DNA of 64,000 bases from Felis catus (Eukaryota). The stretch lies in assembly GCF_018350175.1 (NCBI RefSeq), contig NC_058368.1, forward strand, positions 12,214,001-12,278,000, given 5' to 3'. The translations under genes and the position numbers were made by a program. Position 1 is the first letter of the stretch, and every line of letters begins with the position of its first letter. Below, one piece after another: positions 62,640-64,000 of the stretch. A model generated the notes under the pieces. It saw only the letters and a program-made list of their open reading frames with translations, ran no database searches and had not been told where the DNA came from.

Positions 62640-63070
62640 TGCTCTGGCTTTAAATTTTCAGCTCAATGAGTTTTGGCAATTTTAACTACCCTCAAACAAG
62701 GTAAAGAACATTTCTGCACATAGGAACGTTCTCTTGCGCTCCTTTACCATCAATTCTCTCCTCACCACCACATCCCCTCCTACCTCCCTCAGGGTCATCT
62801 TCTTTCTGATTTCTATCACTCATAGACTGATTTTGCCAATCCTTGGTTATCATATAAATGGAATCATATGGTATGTAGTTTTGTGTGTCTGGCTTTTTTT
62901 TTTTTTTTCACTCAACACAATATTTTTGAGATTGATCCATTTTATGGAGTATAGCAGTAATCATTCCTTTTAATGGCAGAGTAGTTTTCCATGGTATAAA
63001 GACATACAATTGGTTTATCTACTCTTTTGCTGGTGGATATTTAGGCTGTTTCCAGTTTTGACCAATGCTT
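62640..63070 (-). mobile_element. L1 (L1ME-like) 3' fragment
   Basis: catataaatggaatcatatggtatgta...tttgagattgatccat...ggctgtttccagtttt. Confidence 0.7.
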
Positions 63071-64000
63071 TTTGATCACCAAATTCCATATCTTCTTTTT
63101 AGCAAAGACCTGTTAGTAGTAATGGGCAATAATCCCCACTCTCCATTCCTCGAAACTTTTCTCTTTGGCATTGAAGATTGAGTTCCCTCATCTCTCTAAA
63201 CACTATCTCCTTCCTGTCACCAAGTAGTACCTGCCCCTTAACTATTAATATTTTTTAGGATTCAGACTATAGTCATTGCTCTTTTTATTCTGCATGAATA
63301 TACTGAAATATATTATCCCATCTTAAAATAGACTCTGATGATGTCCAATCTTCTTTCTCTAACCCAGATACCTCCCTTGAGCCCCAGAGTTACGTTTCTA
63401 ACTACTCATTAATCTCACCCATTTGTGGGGTTCTGCTGACCCTTCAAACTCAACTTTCAAAACTGAGCTCATCGTATTCTCTTCCAAACTTGTTTCTGAT
63501 ACTTACTGTCTTATCTTGATTAAGAGCATCACCAAGTAGGCCAGCCAAATGGAGTCATCTTGACACTTTTCTTCTTTAAGGTCTGTATTCATTTGATTAC
63601 CAAGTCCCGTCAATTACATCTCTGTGGTATTTTTGAAATCTTGCCTCTTCTTTGGCCCTATTTTGGTGCCTTCTCATCTTTTCCCTAAGTCAGGCAATAG
63701 CCTCTTAATTGGTTTCACTACCAATTCAAATGCTTTACATTAAAACCAGTTCTATTTCTCAACTTTTTCCCATGTCACTCATTTATTTAAAAATATCTGA
63801 TGACTCCCCTTATTTTCAGCCATCTCCAGTTTACCCACTGACTACACATTCATTAGTGTCAAATATAATAAGCAACCCTGGATTAGAAACTGATCATTTA
63901 GTCTGAAGCTATCTTTAGCATGGGCTTGGCCTTTGCTCTTATAACTGACAGCCTATCTTTTTGGTCAGTTCCACATGTGTCCATTGCTGCCTAAGACCTA

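Noticed and set aside
59995..64000. Upstream STARD13 SAM-domain exons (EIEAKEACDWL..., DSQFPINI...)
   Set aside because: Not found; this region is MLT1/L1/L2-derived intron, so those exons lie beyond the window
1..64000. CRISPR array, operon or other prokaryote-type system
   Set aside because: Mammalian intron-exon DNA; no regularly spaced repeat-spacer array seen

Overview
Mammalian genomic DNA from a carnivore, almost certainly a felid, judged from about 20 tRNA-derived CanSINEs of the SINEC_Fc type. Positions ~23.6-64 kb hold the 3' part of STARD13 (DLC2, a SAM-RhoGAP-START protein) on the minus strand. I resolved 11 coding exons (exons 4-14 by recalled human numbering). All have GT-AG boundaries and consistent phase, giving 3,049 coding nt that end ...GPETKI*, followed by a ~2.4 kb 3' UTR with poly(A) signals near 23.62-23.74 kb. 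The 5' exons lie beyond the right edge of the window. Positions 1-23.6 kb are intergenic: in human the neighbour on this side is KL, but I see no KL exon here. This stretch contains a decayed L1 with nested SINEs, an intact young gammaretrovirus-like solo LTR (9381-9841, TG...CA, 5-bp TSD), hAT and Tigger DNA-transposon relics, and a candidate enhancer near 17.6 kb. I found no convincing new gene system. The best leads are the solo LTR, the miRNA/Pumilio site clusters in the 3' UTR, the all-sense orientation of intragenic SINEs, an in-frame indel in exon 5, and several micro-scale mutational signatures. Repeat-family names come from recalled consensus sequences rather than a database search, and old-repeat boundaries are approximate.
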